From assembly GCA_965197475.1 (NCBI GenBank), contig CBDANF010000003.1:1056001-1120000 (forward strand): a DNA stretch of 64,000 bases, in the 5' to 3' direction. Under the pieces are notes generated by a model. The model was not told the DNA's origin, searched no databases, and worked only from the letters and a program-made list of their open reading frames with translations. The translations under genes were made by a program, and so were the position numbers. The stretch comes from Candidatus Poribacteria bacterium. Its GTDB lineage: Bacteria; Poribacteria; WGA-4E; WGA-3G. This document shows positions 48,228-58,256 of this stretch, piece by piece (within the stretch, counting starts at the first letter, position 1; each line of letters opens with the position of its first letter).

Positions 48228-49118
48228 TTAAACGCCCCACCTGCGCCGAGATTCTTCCAAAGGCTCAATTTTGGCATCTTTCTGCTTCCAAGCGTAATGC
48301 CCTTTCGGTTTTTCGCCTATCCATCGCTCATCAATGGGATCGGCGGCAAGTTGATAGCGGGTATCTGCAGTAATCCGTATTTTGTTGGACGTATTGACCA
48401 GCGATGCATGCATTAGGAACATACTGAAAATGATAACATCCCCAGCCGAAAACGATGTCGTTGCCCAGTGCCCCCCAAATTTTTCAACGATTTCAACTGG
48501 ATTGTCACTAAAATGCCCTTCAATCATATCTCGATCAACATCTGCTTGTCCGTAGGTTTCCCGCACCTTCTCAAATCGGTTTGAGCCGAGACAAAAGACT
48601 ATCGGTCCCATATCCAGCGACACATCACCAAATGGGGTCCAGCATGAATAAAGGTTTTGTGTGCCTCTCCCCATAAAGACGATATCGTAATGAATCGGTG
48701 AACCAGAACCTGGACCAGCGGTTCGGAGCCATTTGAAATCAAACGTCCGCGCCTCACCACCGAGAAAATGTTTGAAAAAGTTCATTATCGACGGACCTTC
48801 AATCACGGCTTTAAATGCTGGCAACCGTGCCAACGCCTTATTCCCCATTGATCCTGTTGATGTAGGTTCGGGATAATCCGGATTGAAGATGCCATCCATC
48901 AGCGGCATATCAGGAGCAAGCTTGTCTTTCGCTGCCAATTCCTCCAGAATCTGGTGGCGCGCGGAAAGCACCGTCTCTTTGTCGTGTAAACCACGAATCA
49001 ATAGATACCCATCTTCTGCTATCCGATCATGCAACGCTTCCGGATTGTCCAAAATATCGTTACTTTCTCGTAAATCGGTGCTGACCTCAACTTCCTGATG
49101 TAAAAGGGGCAGTTTCAT
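48228..49118 (-). CDS. Phytanoyl-CoA dioxygenase (PhyH) family protein
   Basis: DGYLLIRG, HYD, WTPFGD, AGDVIIF..LMHAS..N..R. Confidence 0.88.
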   Translation of the reverse strand: MKLPLLHQEVEVSTDLRESNDILDNPEALHDRIAEDGYLLIRGLHDKETVLSARHQILEELAAKDKLAPDMPLMDGIFNPDYPEPTSTGSMGNKALARLPAFKAVIEGPSIMNFFKHFLGGEARTFDFKWLRTAGPGSGSPIHYDIVFMGRGTQNLYSCWTPFGDVSLDMGPIVFCLGSNRFEKVRETYGQADVDRDMIEGHFSDNPVEIVEKFGGHWATTSFSAGDVIIFSMFLMHASLVNTSNKIRITADTRYQLAADPIDERWIGEKPKGHYAWKQKDAKIEPLEESRRRWGV

Positions 49119-49119
49119 G

Positions 49120-51183
49120 TTATTTCCTCACTTCCGATGGTGGAGGCTCTTTCAACCATGCATAGTTGAATCGATAATGTTGTTTACTGCTAATCAGATG
49201 TATGATCCCATCCTGAGCTTGGCATACAGCAAGATAACCACCGGGTTCAGCACTATTCAATCCCATCATAAAGGGTCTTCCGTCCATCGTCTCAATTTCT
49301 CGGTCAGGTCCATCATCTGAAATCAGGCGAATATGAGTCCAAGTTTCTCCATCATCGTAAGAAAGCGCGCCGAAAAGTCCTGTTACCAGACGTTCATTCC
49401 CGGATGCGTCAACAATTGGCATCATTTCAGGTGTTTTACGGCTGCCTGTAAAGGATACGAGAAAAATCGGTCCTTCTTTAAGTTTCAAAAACACACACCG
49501 CTGTCCACCGGAAACAGGTGGAAACGGACTTGCGCTGTAATGCCACGTTTTGCCACCATCTTCAGAGATACTTTTCGGCATACGACCGTCAATCGTATCA
49601 CCTCGCCCATACGTCATCAACCGACCACCAGATAATTCTACAACAGCAGCGTGTATCCCAGCAACCCATCCACCACTATTTCCAGCCGCAAATTCAGGTA
49701 CAGGTTGTCCTGTCCCCGGATCGGACCAAGTTTCCCCATCATCTTCGCTAATCCAGACTGCGGTGCCGCCGTTTCCACCACTTACTGCATCGCATGCGAG
49801 GAGGATTGAACCGTCTTGTCTTCGGAAGACAGAGGCGATCGGCATGTGCCGCAGACGATGTTCCGGTGAGATAAAACGCGGTTTTGACCATGTGGCACCG
49901 TTATCGTCTGAATATCGCATCACCAACGCTAAAGGTCCCCACGTCGCTGCAGCAGAGAGACCGTTGAAATGGTAGATTCGCCCCTTCTCATTACGCCAGA
50001 GAGAGGTTGCGTGATTGTTTCGGTCTGGCGGTCCCCAAAACGGTTCGGCAGGTTCCCATTCCGATTCGCCAAAACGCAACCGACTCGCGGCAACTGTCAA
50101 TTCACGGCCCCGCTCTGTTACACACGAATACCACGCTGCAAACATATCTCCGTTTGGACACTCCACAATCGCAGGTACATGGTTATGTTTTGAAAAAAGC
50201 GGTCCGTTAGAACCATCTGGAATTCGGACAAACGGAATTGGTTCTGCAAAATACGGCGTATCTGGTGCGGGGGCACTTGCAGCCTCTTGTTTCACATTAC
50301 GTCCCCATAACGCTACTTTCGGAGACGGTAAAAGCGCAGATGTTTCAGGCATCTCCCCACAAACAACTCGGAAACCGATATACCAATGTTTATCTTCAGG
50401 CACTGCCCCCATCCGATTTGCAGAACGGAGATAACAGAGCAGTGTTGAATGGCTACCACCTCGCGTCACACGATACAAACCCGATTCCCTTCCACATGGA
50501 TCAACCTGTGGGTGTGATTCATAAGGTCCATACCAATCTTGACACCATTCCTCGACGTTTCCGTGCATGTCGTATACGTCCCATGCATTCGGTGTCGTTT
50601 TGCCAACGTGCAATGGCACAACTTCTTCCGTGCCTCTGCCCCGTCCTGCGTCTGGATACCAACTTTCCCCAACGTTTTTGCGAAATTCAGGAGGCAAGGT
50701 ATCACCGATATGAAAATGCGTTGTTGTGCCCGCGCGGCAGACGTATTCCCATTCTGCTTCGGTTGGCAGCCTGTAAAGGATACCCTCCTTTTCGGATAGC
50801 CATTTGCAGAAACGGGTCGCATCGTGCCAATCCACAAAAACAACTGCTTCATCATCGTCTTGCGAGAAGCCTAATTTTCCACGGAGTTGGCTATGAGAAG
50901 GCTGAAATTCTTCATACTGTGCGTTGGTCACCTGAAAAATGCCGATGTGAAACGGCATGGTCAGGGTTACCTGATGTATCGGTTGTTCGTCCCAATCGCC
51001 ATCCCGTAGATATTCCTTACTTGCTGTTAATTCATCTGCAAGATTTGCTTGTTCTGAACCCATCATAAAGGTGCCAGGTTCAATTCTTACGAACTTCATG
51101 CCAATTGAGTTAGTGAAAGTCTGTTCTTGAATTGTCTGATGTTGCATAATTTTCTCGTTTCGGAATTTATAATCGTAAGCCAT
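49120..51183 (-). CDS. FGE/SUMF1 domain fused to a BNR sialidase-like propeller
   Basis: RLPTEAEWEY, YDMHGNVEEW, RGGS, GFRVV; Asp-boxes YSDDNGATW, SEDDGETW, SEDGGKTW, SYDDGETW. Confidence 0.85.
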   Translation of the reverse strand: MAYDYKFRNEKIMQHQTIQEQTFTNSIGMKFVRIEPGTFMMGSEQANLADELTASKEYLRDGDWDEQPIHQVTLTMPFHIGIFQVTNAQYEEFQPSHSQLRGKLGFSQDDDEAVVFVDWHDATRFCKWLSEKEGILYRLPTEAEWEYVCRAGTTTHFHIGDTLPPEFRKNVGESWYPDAGRGRGTEEVVPLHVGKTTPNAWDVYDMHGNVEEWCQDWYGPYESHPQVDPCGRESGLYRVTRGGSHSTLLCYLRSANRMGAVPEDKHWYIGFRVVCGEMPETSALLPSPKVALWGRNVKQEAASAPAPDTPYFAEPIPFVRIPDGSNGPLFSKHNHVPAIVECPNGDMFAAWYSCVTERGRELTVAASRLRFGESEWEPAEPFWGPPDRNNHATSLWRNEKGRIYHFNGLSAAATWGPLALVMRYSDDNGATWSKPRFISPEHRLRHMPIASVFRRQDGSILLACDAVSGGNGGTAVWISEDDGETWSDPGTGQPVPEFAAGNSGGWVAGIHAAVVELSGGRLMTYGRGDTIDGRMPKSISEDGGKTWHYSASPFPPVSGGQRCVFLKLKEGPIFLVSFTGSRKTPEMMPIVDASGNERLVTGLFGALSYDDGETWTHIRLISDDGPDREIETMDGRPFMMGLNSAEPGGYLAVCQAQDGIIHLISSKQHYRFNYAWLKEPPPSEVRK

Positions 51184-51200
51184 AGGTGGAGGGAATCCTA

Positions 51201-52800
51201 TTACTCCACTTGTGAAGGACGCTGTTGCAAGATGGGGATAACGTAACTCTGAATGGTAAGACCGTCAACGGTGTCTGTTTCAACCTGTGGATTGGCTTTC
51301 TCACGATAATCAAATACAATGTAATAACCCTCTACTGCTCTCTCCAGTTTCAGATACGCAGCAAGTTGTTGTTTACCTGCCTGATATGTTTTTTCATTTC
51401 GCCAAACTTTGGTTTCAACAATATATTTTTCCTCTTTGTGCCCGATGATAAGGTCTGCCCGACCTCTGCCCGTTGGAACTTCAAGATACATCATGGCACG
51501 AACCATATTCACAAATTCGTCAAGATAAGCAAAAAGCAAATATTGCCCGACAAATTCTTGCGGTGTATCAGGCACTTGTAGGATTCTGTATCCTACGCGT
51601 GCGATGAAATCCCTGAAGTTTTCGATAAGCGTCCGCATCTGAAGCTGTCCCGCCTCTGATACATACTCAGTAAAATCCATCGGTCCGTCTTCTGCGAAGT
51701 ATTGATCCTCAAGTCCATTTATGAATGGCTGAAACCCTTGCAGAACGCGATGCAGATAGATCGGATTGCGGATTTGACACATCCCATCTTCATCTTCTCC
51801 AATTATCCCGTAAGTTGCAAGTTCACTGATAACCTCATCATCAAGGTTGAAACGTCTACGCTCTTCATAAAAGGTGATACGCATAAGCATTTTTTCAAAG
51901 CGCGGGTCTCTTCGGATGTTTGTTATAAGATGTGAGATATTGGTGTTGCGTTCCCTCAGAAGTTGTTTGTGTGCTGCTGAAAAGTGTTGCATCTGAATTG
52001 GCTCGGACTTAGAAATATCAAGTGCCTCAGTGAGGATCTGCCCGAATCTGTTGACGAGAAAGGGTTGTCCTGCTGTCTGTTTGTGTATTGCTTCAATAAC
52101 TTCAGGGATAAAAGGTTGTCCAACTTCTTCAGTATATTGTGAAAAAAGTTCTTCTACTTGTGCGAACGTGAAATTTGGCAGCCTAAACTCATCTTGTATA
52201 TTGAAGGGTGAGATGGAGCGATCATAGTTGAGTTGGGTGATGTTTTTAACACCGACAATACCGACACTATACGGGCATCGGAGACCTATAGTGGAAAGAT
52301 ATATCTGACGAAGGGTGTGCAGAAACCCGCGAAGTGCTTCGGGTGGAATGCCATCAAACTCGTCAATTATAATAATTAATTTTTGATTTCCAAGTAGTTT
52401 CCCAAGGTTTTTGAAGAAATCCGCCATGGCAATATGATCAATTACCTCCACATTCGAAAAAAAGTGGCTTAAAGCATCTGGTAGTTCCTCGCCGCGTCTT
52501 TGCCAAACGGATGAAATTAGTTGACAGAAGCTTTTGCAGAAGTGTGGATAGAAACGTGTAGAATCAGTGTCTACATACCCTTCAAAATTAAGCTGTATAG
52601 GAAAATAGGCGACTTCTTCCTCTTCAAGTGCGTCAAGCGCGTTTCGAAAAAAAAGTAGTCTTGCCTGTTTGCCTCGGCGCAAAGAGAACAATATAGCGTC
52701 CCTGTTTCACGCGATTTATGAAATCTGCGAGTTCCTCTTTACGTGAGACGACATAGTTTACGTCTGGATAGACGGGACCATAAGTGCCAAAACATCTCAT
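51201..52800 (-). CDS. AAA-like ATPase + PD-(D/E)xK-like domain protein, frameshifted in a T8 tract
   Basis: MRCFGTYGPV...FAPRQTGKTT (Walker A) in the upstream frame, IIIDEFD, GRADL..YIVETKVW; A8 run at 52647-52654. Confidence 0.8.
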
Positions 52801-52840
52801 GCTTTGCTCCACGGTATTGGGGTCAAACTGATTTTAATTT

Positions 52841-52869
52841 ATTATACATGGTTTATCTCTAAAAGTCAA
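52841..52869 (-). promoter_or_regulatory. sigma70 promoter of the AAA gene
   Basis: TTGACT-17bp-TATAAT on the minus strand. Confidence 0.6.
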
Positions 52870-52887
52870 TTAATCATAAATCGTATT

Positions 52888-52976
52888 TAGAACCCATTCA
52901 GTTTGGTTTTCTGAATGCAATCCCGTGCCTTATATCAGTTAAGAAAAAATGGGCAGGCACAAAGACCCACCCCTAT
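52888..52976 (-). repeat. REP plus MITE-like end, homolog of 30810-30902
   Basis: Reverse complement ATAGGGGTGGGTCTTTGTGCCTGCCC...GGGATTGCA..AAAACCAAACTGAATGGGTTCTA. Confidence 0.55.
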
Positions 52977-53052
52977 AGCATAATAGACGAGTGCATTTCG
53001 ACTTTCAAAGCCTCCCATAGAATTTAAAATATCTAATATTGCTTCAGATATC

Positions 53053-53724
53053 TTACTCAATGATGGTGATATTACCATCCGTATCCAGAATAATTACGCC
53101 CTCTTTGTCAAGGTCCTCAGGACGAAGAATCTCATGACTAAGATCCTTAATCTCAATCCAGTCAACATCTTGAAACCTTTCCTGTTCGCTTTCAGACATA
53201 GTGCTTACAGATGCTTCCATCAGTTCAATGAGTCCAGCAAGTGTTGCGACACCAGATTCTATCATATCTACGACCATGGTACTTGGATGAACTTCTGGTG
53301 TATTTTCAGATTGCTGTTGAAGAATTTCAGTAAAGGCATCCTTCTCAGCATCTGTTAGATTAAGATTCTCAAGCAAAATCGCAAGATATTCATCTTCAAG
53401 TTCGTCAAGAAATCCTAAGAAATCTTCAAATGATGCATCATTTGCGCCTTCAGCTTCCTTGTCAACTATCTCAGGTTTAGTCTTCTGCTGTTTAGAAGTT
53501 TCAACCTCCTCAGATGCTTCGGGCAATGTCGTTGTTCCTGGGGAAGTTTGTTCAGCAAGATTTTCTAACGACTCGTCTTTTTTTGAAGTATGTATCTGTG
53601 GTTCTCCCAAGGATTCTCTAAAACGTTGGGTATCCCACCTATTATACAGCAAAATCCCAACACATAACGCGATAGTCAAAATAACTGCCACCCCAAGGTG
53701 TTTCCAATCATATTTTACGTTCAT
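53053..53724 (-). CDS. Hypothetical acidic membrane-anchored protein
   Basis: AGGAGG RBS, N-terminal TM helix, acidic low-complexity body. Confidence 0.65.
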   Translation of the reverse strand: MNVKYDWKHLGVAVILTIALCVGILLYNRWDTQRFRESLGEPQIHTSKKDESLENLAEQTSPGTTTLPEASEEVETSKQQKTKPEIVDKEAEGANDASFEDFLGFLDELEDEYLAILLENLNLTDAEKDAFTEILQQQSENTPEVHPSTMVVDMIESGVATLAGLIELMEASVSTMSESEQERFQDVDWIEIKDLSHEILRPEDLDKEGVIILDTDGNITIIE

Positions 53725-53793
53725 AACTTCCTCCTTAATTATTCATCTTACTTGTAGGGCATAGAAGTCAAAAGTGAAATCACTAAAATGTAA

Positions 53794-54932
53794 CGGAATA
53801 AGTCGTTTTGGACTTGACAAAAGTTGGAAAAGTGCGCTAAACCCTTGTAAATAAAGGGTTTTCATAGTATAATATCAGTAAGAAAATAGGGGGTATCAAC
53901 CCCCTATTTGAAACTCAAAAAAGCGAGTTGCTTTTCTGGTTCACACTTATCTGATATTGTATCAGAAACTATCAGAAAAATGCAACTCCAAAAAACAGGA
54001 GTGTTTTCTGATGGATTTAATCAAGGTGATGAAGACGTTCTCAATGCAAGAGGATTGCATCGAATATCTGGAGCGGCTCCGATGGAAAGAATCGCCAGAA
54101 TGCCCGCATTGTCCAAGTCTAAACGCCCGAAGGCGGAACGAACGCGAGGTTGGGCGTGTCGGACGCTGGAACTGCCACGATTGCCGTGCTACATTCAAGG
54201 TGACACACGGCACAATATTTCACGGCACGAAGATACCGCTCCAAAAGTGGTTTCTCGCTATCGCTCTCATGGCAAACGCAAAGAAAAGTTTGTCCTCCCA
54301 TCAACTTGCGCGCGATTTAGGGATGAAACAGAAAGCTGCTTGGTGTCTAATGATGGCTATACGCACAGAGATGGGAAAGGATAATGTCCTACTACAAGGG
54401 GTCATTGAAGCAGATGAAACCTATATCGGTGGTAAGCGTCGCAAAGACTATGACCGGGAGGATGGTGAACCCCGTAAACGCGGACGCGGCACCGCTAAAG
54501 ATGCCGTGCTGGGCGCAGTCGCACGTGGTGGACACGCCATCGCACAACTCGTATCCAACGCCACTGGTGAGACGATCTCCGACTTCATCAACAGATTCGT
54601 CAATACCGAAGATTCTGAACTCATTACCGATCAGTATAGAGGCTACAACGAAATCGGTAAGGAAATGAAACATGAGACACTTAACCGTAGTGAGAAATGG
54701 GAGGCTGGCGACATCCATACCAATACGATGGAAGGCTTTTGGTCTTTCGTCAAGAGGGCATGGTATGGACAACAACACCACTACTCAACAAGATACACGC
54801 CCCTGTATCTCGCAGAGGCAGGCTATAAATATAACTACCGAGAAACCAACATCTTTGAGAAGTTTCTCACCGAAAGTATAACGTGAGAAATCTGAAAAAT
54901 AAAAACTTCCAAGTCCAAAACGACTTATTGCG
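53794..54932 (+). mobile_element. IS1595-family insertion sequence
   Basis: 23-bp TIR CGGAATAAGTCGTTTTGGACTTG (1 mismatch); 8-bp TSD AAATGTAA (53786-53793, 54933-54940). Confidence 0.92.
54011..54886 (+). CDS. IS1595 (ISXO2-like) transposase
   Basis: CPHC..CHDC zinc finger, EADETYIGG, ITDQYRGY, HTNTMEGFWS. Confidence 0.92.
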   Translation: MDLIKVMKTFSMQEDCIEYLERLRWKESPECPHCPSLNARRRNEREVGRVGRWNCHDCRATFKVTHGTIFHGTKIPLQKWFLAIALMANAKKSLSSHQLARDLGMKQKAAWCLMMAIRTEMGKDNVLLQGVIEADETYIGGKRRKDYDREDGEPRKRGRGTAKDAVLGAVARGGHAIAQLVSNATGETISDFINRFVNTEDSELITDQYRGYNEIGKEMKHETLNRSEKWEAGDIHTNTMEGFWSFVKRAWYGQQHHYSTRYTPLYLAEAGYKYNYRETNIFEKFLTESIT

Positions 54933-54993
54933 AAATGTAATACTACTAAAATGTAATACTACTAAAATGTAATACTACTAAAATGTAATACTA
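54933..54993. repeat. 16-bp tandem repeat, ~3.8 copies
   Basis: AAATGTAATACTACTA x3 plus a partial unit. Confidence 0.9.
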
Positions 54994-55228
54994 TGGTATC
55001 CCTTAATTATTAAAGACGCAATATCCAGAGAGAAAAGTTGCATAATTAGAAACCAATAACGGATACCCAAATTTGCCAAAGAAAATCCTTGACTTTTTTT
55101 AATACTTTTGGTATTCTCTTAATACTTGGATCGCGTAGTTTGGAATGTTTGAAGTTCAAACTGTGCTCACTTAGAATTTGAAACACAATTAGGTAGAACA
55201 AAATAATTATTTTAAATGAGGTATACCC

Positions 55229-56005
55229 ATGAAATATAGGACAGTAAGTCATAGATTCTCAACCAATTTCGTTGTGTGCGTTCTTCTGTTCAGTGCTATC
55301 TTGCTGACAGGAGTCTGTTCCGCAGATGATCTTGTATTGCACCCCTCCTTTGATGACTTAAATGGAGACGTTGCAAAGGATTTGTCGAGATTCGGGAATG
55401 ATGCGACCTTTAAGGGCAACCCCGATTTGGTTGACGGTAAATTTGGGAAAGCAGCAGATTTTGATGGAAAAACATGGGCAGAAATTTCTGACCATGACAG
55501 TTTGGATATGGTTGATGGCATTACAATTGAACACTGGACAAATCTCCGACCGGCAGGCAATGAGCAAACCGGTGTTGAAAAAGGAACCACTTGGAAGGCG
55601 GGTTTGTATACGCTTGCAGCGTTCTACCGAGGCGGTTCACTCCTTCAATTTTTCGATTTACCCGATAATTGTCGTGAACATAATATTGGCGACAGTATAC
55701 AAGATGAAACTTGGCACTTTCTTGCAGGCACGTGGGATGGCACCACAATCAAGTTGCATATTGATGGTGAACTCAATAAAAAATTGGAATGTAAGGGAAA
55801 ACTTACTGGCAACAATGAACCACTTTTTATTGGCGCACGCGGGGGAAACCAACGTTTTGTCAACGGTGCCCTTGACGAAATCAAAATGTACAATTATGCC
55901 CTGACAGAAGACGAGTTGAACGAAGATATGGAAAATCCACACGCTCTGACAGTCGTACCACAGGGAAAATTGGCAACTACTTGGGCACGTCTCAAAACCA
56001 GATAA
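55229..56005 (+). CDS. Secreted LamG-like protein with C-terminal GKLATTWARLK motif
   Basis: Signal peptide, GKFGKA, WHFLAGTWDG, LFIGAR..GALDEIKMYN. Confidence 0.85.
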   Translation: MKYRTVSHRFSTNFVVCVLLFSAILLTGVCSADDLVLHPSFDDLNGDVAKDLSRFGNDATFKGNPDLVDGKFGKAADFDGKTWAEISDHDSLDMVDGITIEHWTNLRPAGNEQTGVEKGTTWKAGLYTLAAFYRGGSLLQFFDLPDNCREHNIGDSIQDETWHFLAGTWDGTTIKLHIDGELNKKLECKGKLTGNNEPLFIGARGGNQRFVNGALDEIKMYNYALTEDELNEDMENPHALTVVPQGKLATTWARLKTR

Positions 56006-56024
56006 CCGATACAGCAAAGGAAAA

Positions 56025-56639
56025 TTGATGAAGACATTAGTTTATCTATTACCACTAATTATTGTATTACAAACCTTAACGGGTTGTGCCATCCTCCCCT
56101 TTGGCAAACAGTCTAAGGATCAGGTTGACGAACAGCCTAAAGAGCAGGCTGGCAAACAGATTAAGGAACAGGTCGCAGTCGTTACAACTGAAAAAGGCAC
56201 ATTCGTGATTGAGTTCTACACCGAGTCTGCCCCTGTGGCTGTTGAAAACTTCAAAAAATTGATTAACCAGAAGTTCTACGATAGATTAACATTTCATCGA
56301 ATAGAAAACACACCCGGTTTGAATATTGTTCAGGGCGGATGTCCGAATGGTGATGGAATGGGAGGGCCCGGTTGGACGATTGTTGACGAATATATCAACC
56401 CGAATCAGCGGAAGCACCTCAGAGGAACAGTGGCAATGGCACGGTCAAGTTTGCCAAATTCATCTGGGAGCCAGTTCTACATTTGCTTAAAACCGCAGCC
56501 GCATCTTGATGGACAATATACTACCTTCGGTGGTGTTATTCAAGGGATGACTGTCGTCGATTTTTTAGAGATAGACGATGTCATCACTACAATCCGATTG
56601 GAGGTGAAGTCAAAGTATGTTAAGGCAACAGAAGATTAA
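56025..56639 (+). CDS. Cyclophilin-type peptidylprolyl isomerase lipoprotein
   Basis: LTGC lipobox, FHRI..VQGG, GTVAMAR, SGSQFYI, HLDGQYTTFG; three 24-bp repeats near 56103-56174. Confidence 0.9.
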   Translation: MMKTLVYLLPLIIVLQTLTGCAILPFGKQSKDQVDEQPKEQAGKQIKEQVAVVTTEKGTFVIEFYTESAPVAVENFKKLINQKFYDRLTFHRIENTPGLNIVQGGCPNGDGMGGPGWTIVDEYINPNQRKHLRGTVAMARSSLPNSSGSQFYICLKPQPHLDGQYTTFGGVIQGMTVVDFLEIDDVITTIRLEVKSKYVKATED

Positions 56640-57276
56640 CCAATTCCCGATCGCACTCTTGGTATTAGCATATCTGTTCGTGATTTTCTTGTCCGGTTGT
56701 CCCCAGCAAGATCAGAAGTCATCGGAGTCCAGCACACAACAGACGGACACTGGTGATACAGAAACAGAAGCCAAACAAGAAGATGCCGAAACAGTTATCA
56801 AACAAGCACCGGATACTGAGAAAACAGAGCCGGAAGCCAAACCTGAGATAGATCCAGCGAACGCAATCGCTGTTATTCAAACAGCGAAAGGCAACCTTGA
56901 ATTTGAATTTTATGCATCTGATGCACCACAATCCTCGAAAAACTTCATCAAAAACGCGAACATGGGTTATTACAGAAATGAGCCCTTCCATCGTGTTGAG
57001 GAACTCGTTATACAAGCAGGTTCAAGTTTTGCTGATGACACGCTTCCCATTGAAAAAAGTGAGAATCCCCTTGTAAAAGGTGTCGTGCTACTGGCAAAGG
57101 AACCAGGTGCAAGTGTTTCTGATGGAGACGAATTCTTTATCTGTAAGGACGCTATTGCATTAGATGAAGACTACACAACCCTCGGCAAAGTTATCAAAGG
57201 TTTAGATGTTTTAGATAGTATTGAAAAGGGTGATAAAATCGTGAATATTACAATTCGCGAACGCAACAAAGAGTAA
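56617..57276 (+). CDS. Divergent cyclophilin-like lipoprotein
   Basis: LSGC lipobox, FHRVEELVIQAG, LDEDYTTLGKVIKG. Confidence 0.75.
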   Translation: MLRQQKINQFPIALLVLAYLFVIFLSGCPQQDQKSSESSTQQTDTGDTETEAKQEDAETVIKQAPDTEKTEPEAKPEIDPANAIAVIQTAKGNLEFEFYASDAPQSSKNFIKNANMGYYRNEPFHRVEELVIQAGSSFADDTLPIEKSENPLVKGVVLLAKEPGASVSDGDEFFICKDAIALDEDYTTLGKVIKGLDVLDSIEKGDKIVNITIRERNKE

Positions 57277-57340
57277 GAAATTGGGCGGTCCCGCAGTAAA
57301 TGTCGAGATCGCCTATTTCAAAGGGCGAAAGGAAAATTGA

Positions 57341-57709
57341 ATGGCGTTATCAGTTGTTCGGACAGCACGTCCGAGTCCAGTGTGGCAAGAAAGTTATGTA
57401 CGCGTGAAAAAAGGGCAACGTCTCGTAATTGATGCTGATGGTGCATGGTCCCCTGACCTACAAAATCGAACCGGGTGGTGCGGTGCCGACGGTGTCGCTA
57501 AAACACCAGCCGGAGACAGTTACCTGCTTCCCGGCACCAACATCGGTGCGCTCATCGCAAAAATTGGGAGTGCCGTTTTTGCCGTTGGGTCACGCTACGA
57601 TAATCCTGCTCCTGCTGACGGTGTTATTTTTCTCGCTATGAACGAAAATCCTAACAACAACAACCAAGCAGGAAGTTTACTCACACAGATTATTATCTGT
57701 GATGAATAA
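57341..57709 (+). CDS. PA-IL/LecA-like beta-sandwich protein (tentative)
   Basis: GQRLVIDADGAW, GALIAKIG..FAVG, GVIFLAMNE..NNQAGSL pattern. Confidence 0.5.
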   Translation: MALSVVRTARPSPVWQESYVRVKKGQRLVIDADGAWSPDLQNRTGWCGADGVAKTPAGDSYLLPGTNIGALIAKIGSAVFAVGSRYDNPAPADGVIFLAMNENPNNNNQAGSLLTQIIICDE

Positions 57710-57794
57710 TTTTGTTTGATCTATACAAAAAATTTCCATAAAACTTCCGATACGTATCTCATCGGAATCACTGCGTCAAATCAGGAGAAGTTAA

Positions 57795-58181
57795 ATGGAA
57801 GAAAACATCACACAAGAAGATGTTCAACTCCCACCAGTTGATTTTATATCCTTTATTACTGACCTCATCACAACTGCACATCTCTACCTTCAAGGGTTCC
57901 GCGATCCGGAAACTGAGAAAGTTATTGTCAATCTCAGCTTAGCAAAACGAATCGTTGACACTTTAGAGATGTTAGAAGAAAAAACAAAAGGAAACCTAAG
58001 TGCCCCAGAATCTAATTTTTTAGCAAATTCTCTCTATGATTTGAGAATGGGGTATGTCCGCGCTGTCAATAGCCAAAAGGATGCGTCTGAACAGGAAGAA
58101 GCGAAGGATGCCCCTGAACAAGATGCCCCGAACGAGGACAACACTTCAACCGAAACAGAAGAAACAAACAGTAATTCCTGA
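57795..58181 (+). CDS. DUF1844 family protein
   Basis: P..DF..F, NLSLAK..VDTLEMLEEKTKGNL..E..L. Confidence 0.8.
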   Translation: MEENITQEDVQLPPVDFISFITDLITTAHLYLQGFRDPETEKVIVNLSLAKRIVDTLEMLEEKTKGNLSAPESNFLANSLYDLRMGYVRAVNSQKDASEQEEAKDAPEQDAPNEDNTSTETEETNSNS

Positions 58182-58256
58182 TCAATTAGTTTCATCAGAC
58201 CTTAAACCGAAGTCTTTGTTAAACTTGCCGCAAAGACTACACCACAACGGAGGATA

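Noticed and set aside
50238-51068. 276-aa plus-strand ORF
   Set aside because: Antisense to the FGE-sialidase gene; no RBS or motifs
54933-54993. Possible CRISPR array
   Set aside because: Units are contiguous 16-mers with no spacers, and there are no cas genes
58076-58135. Short repeats in the DUF1844 tail and cyclophilin linker (56103-56174)
   Set aside because: Ordinary in-frame low-complexity linker expansions
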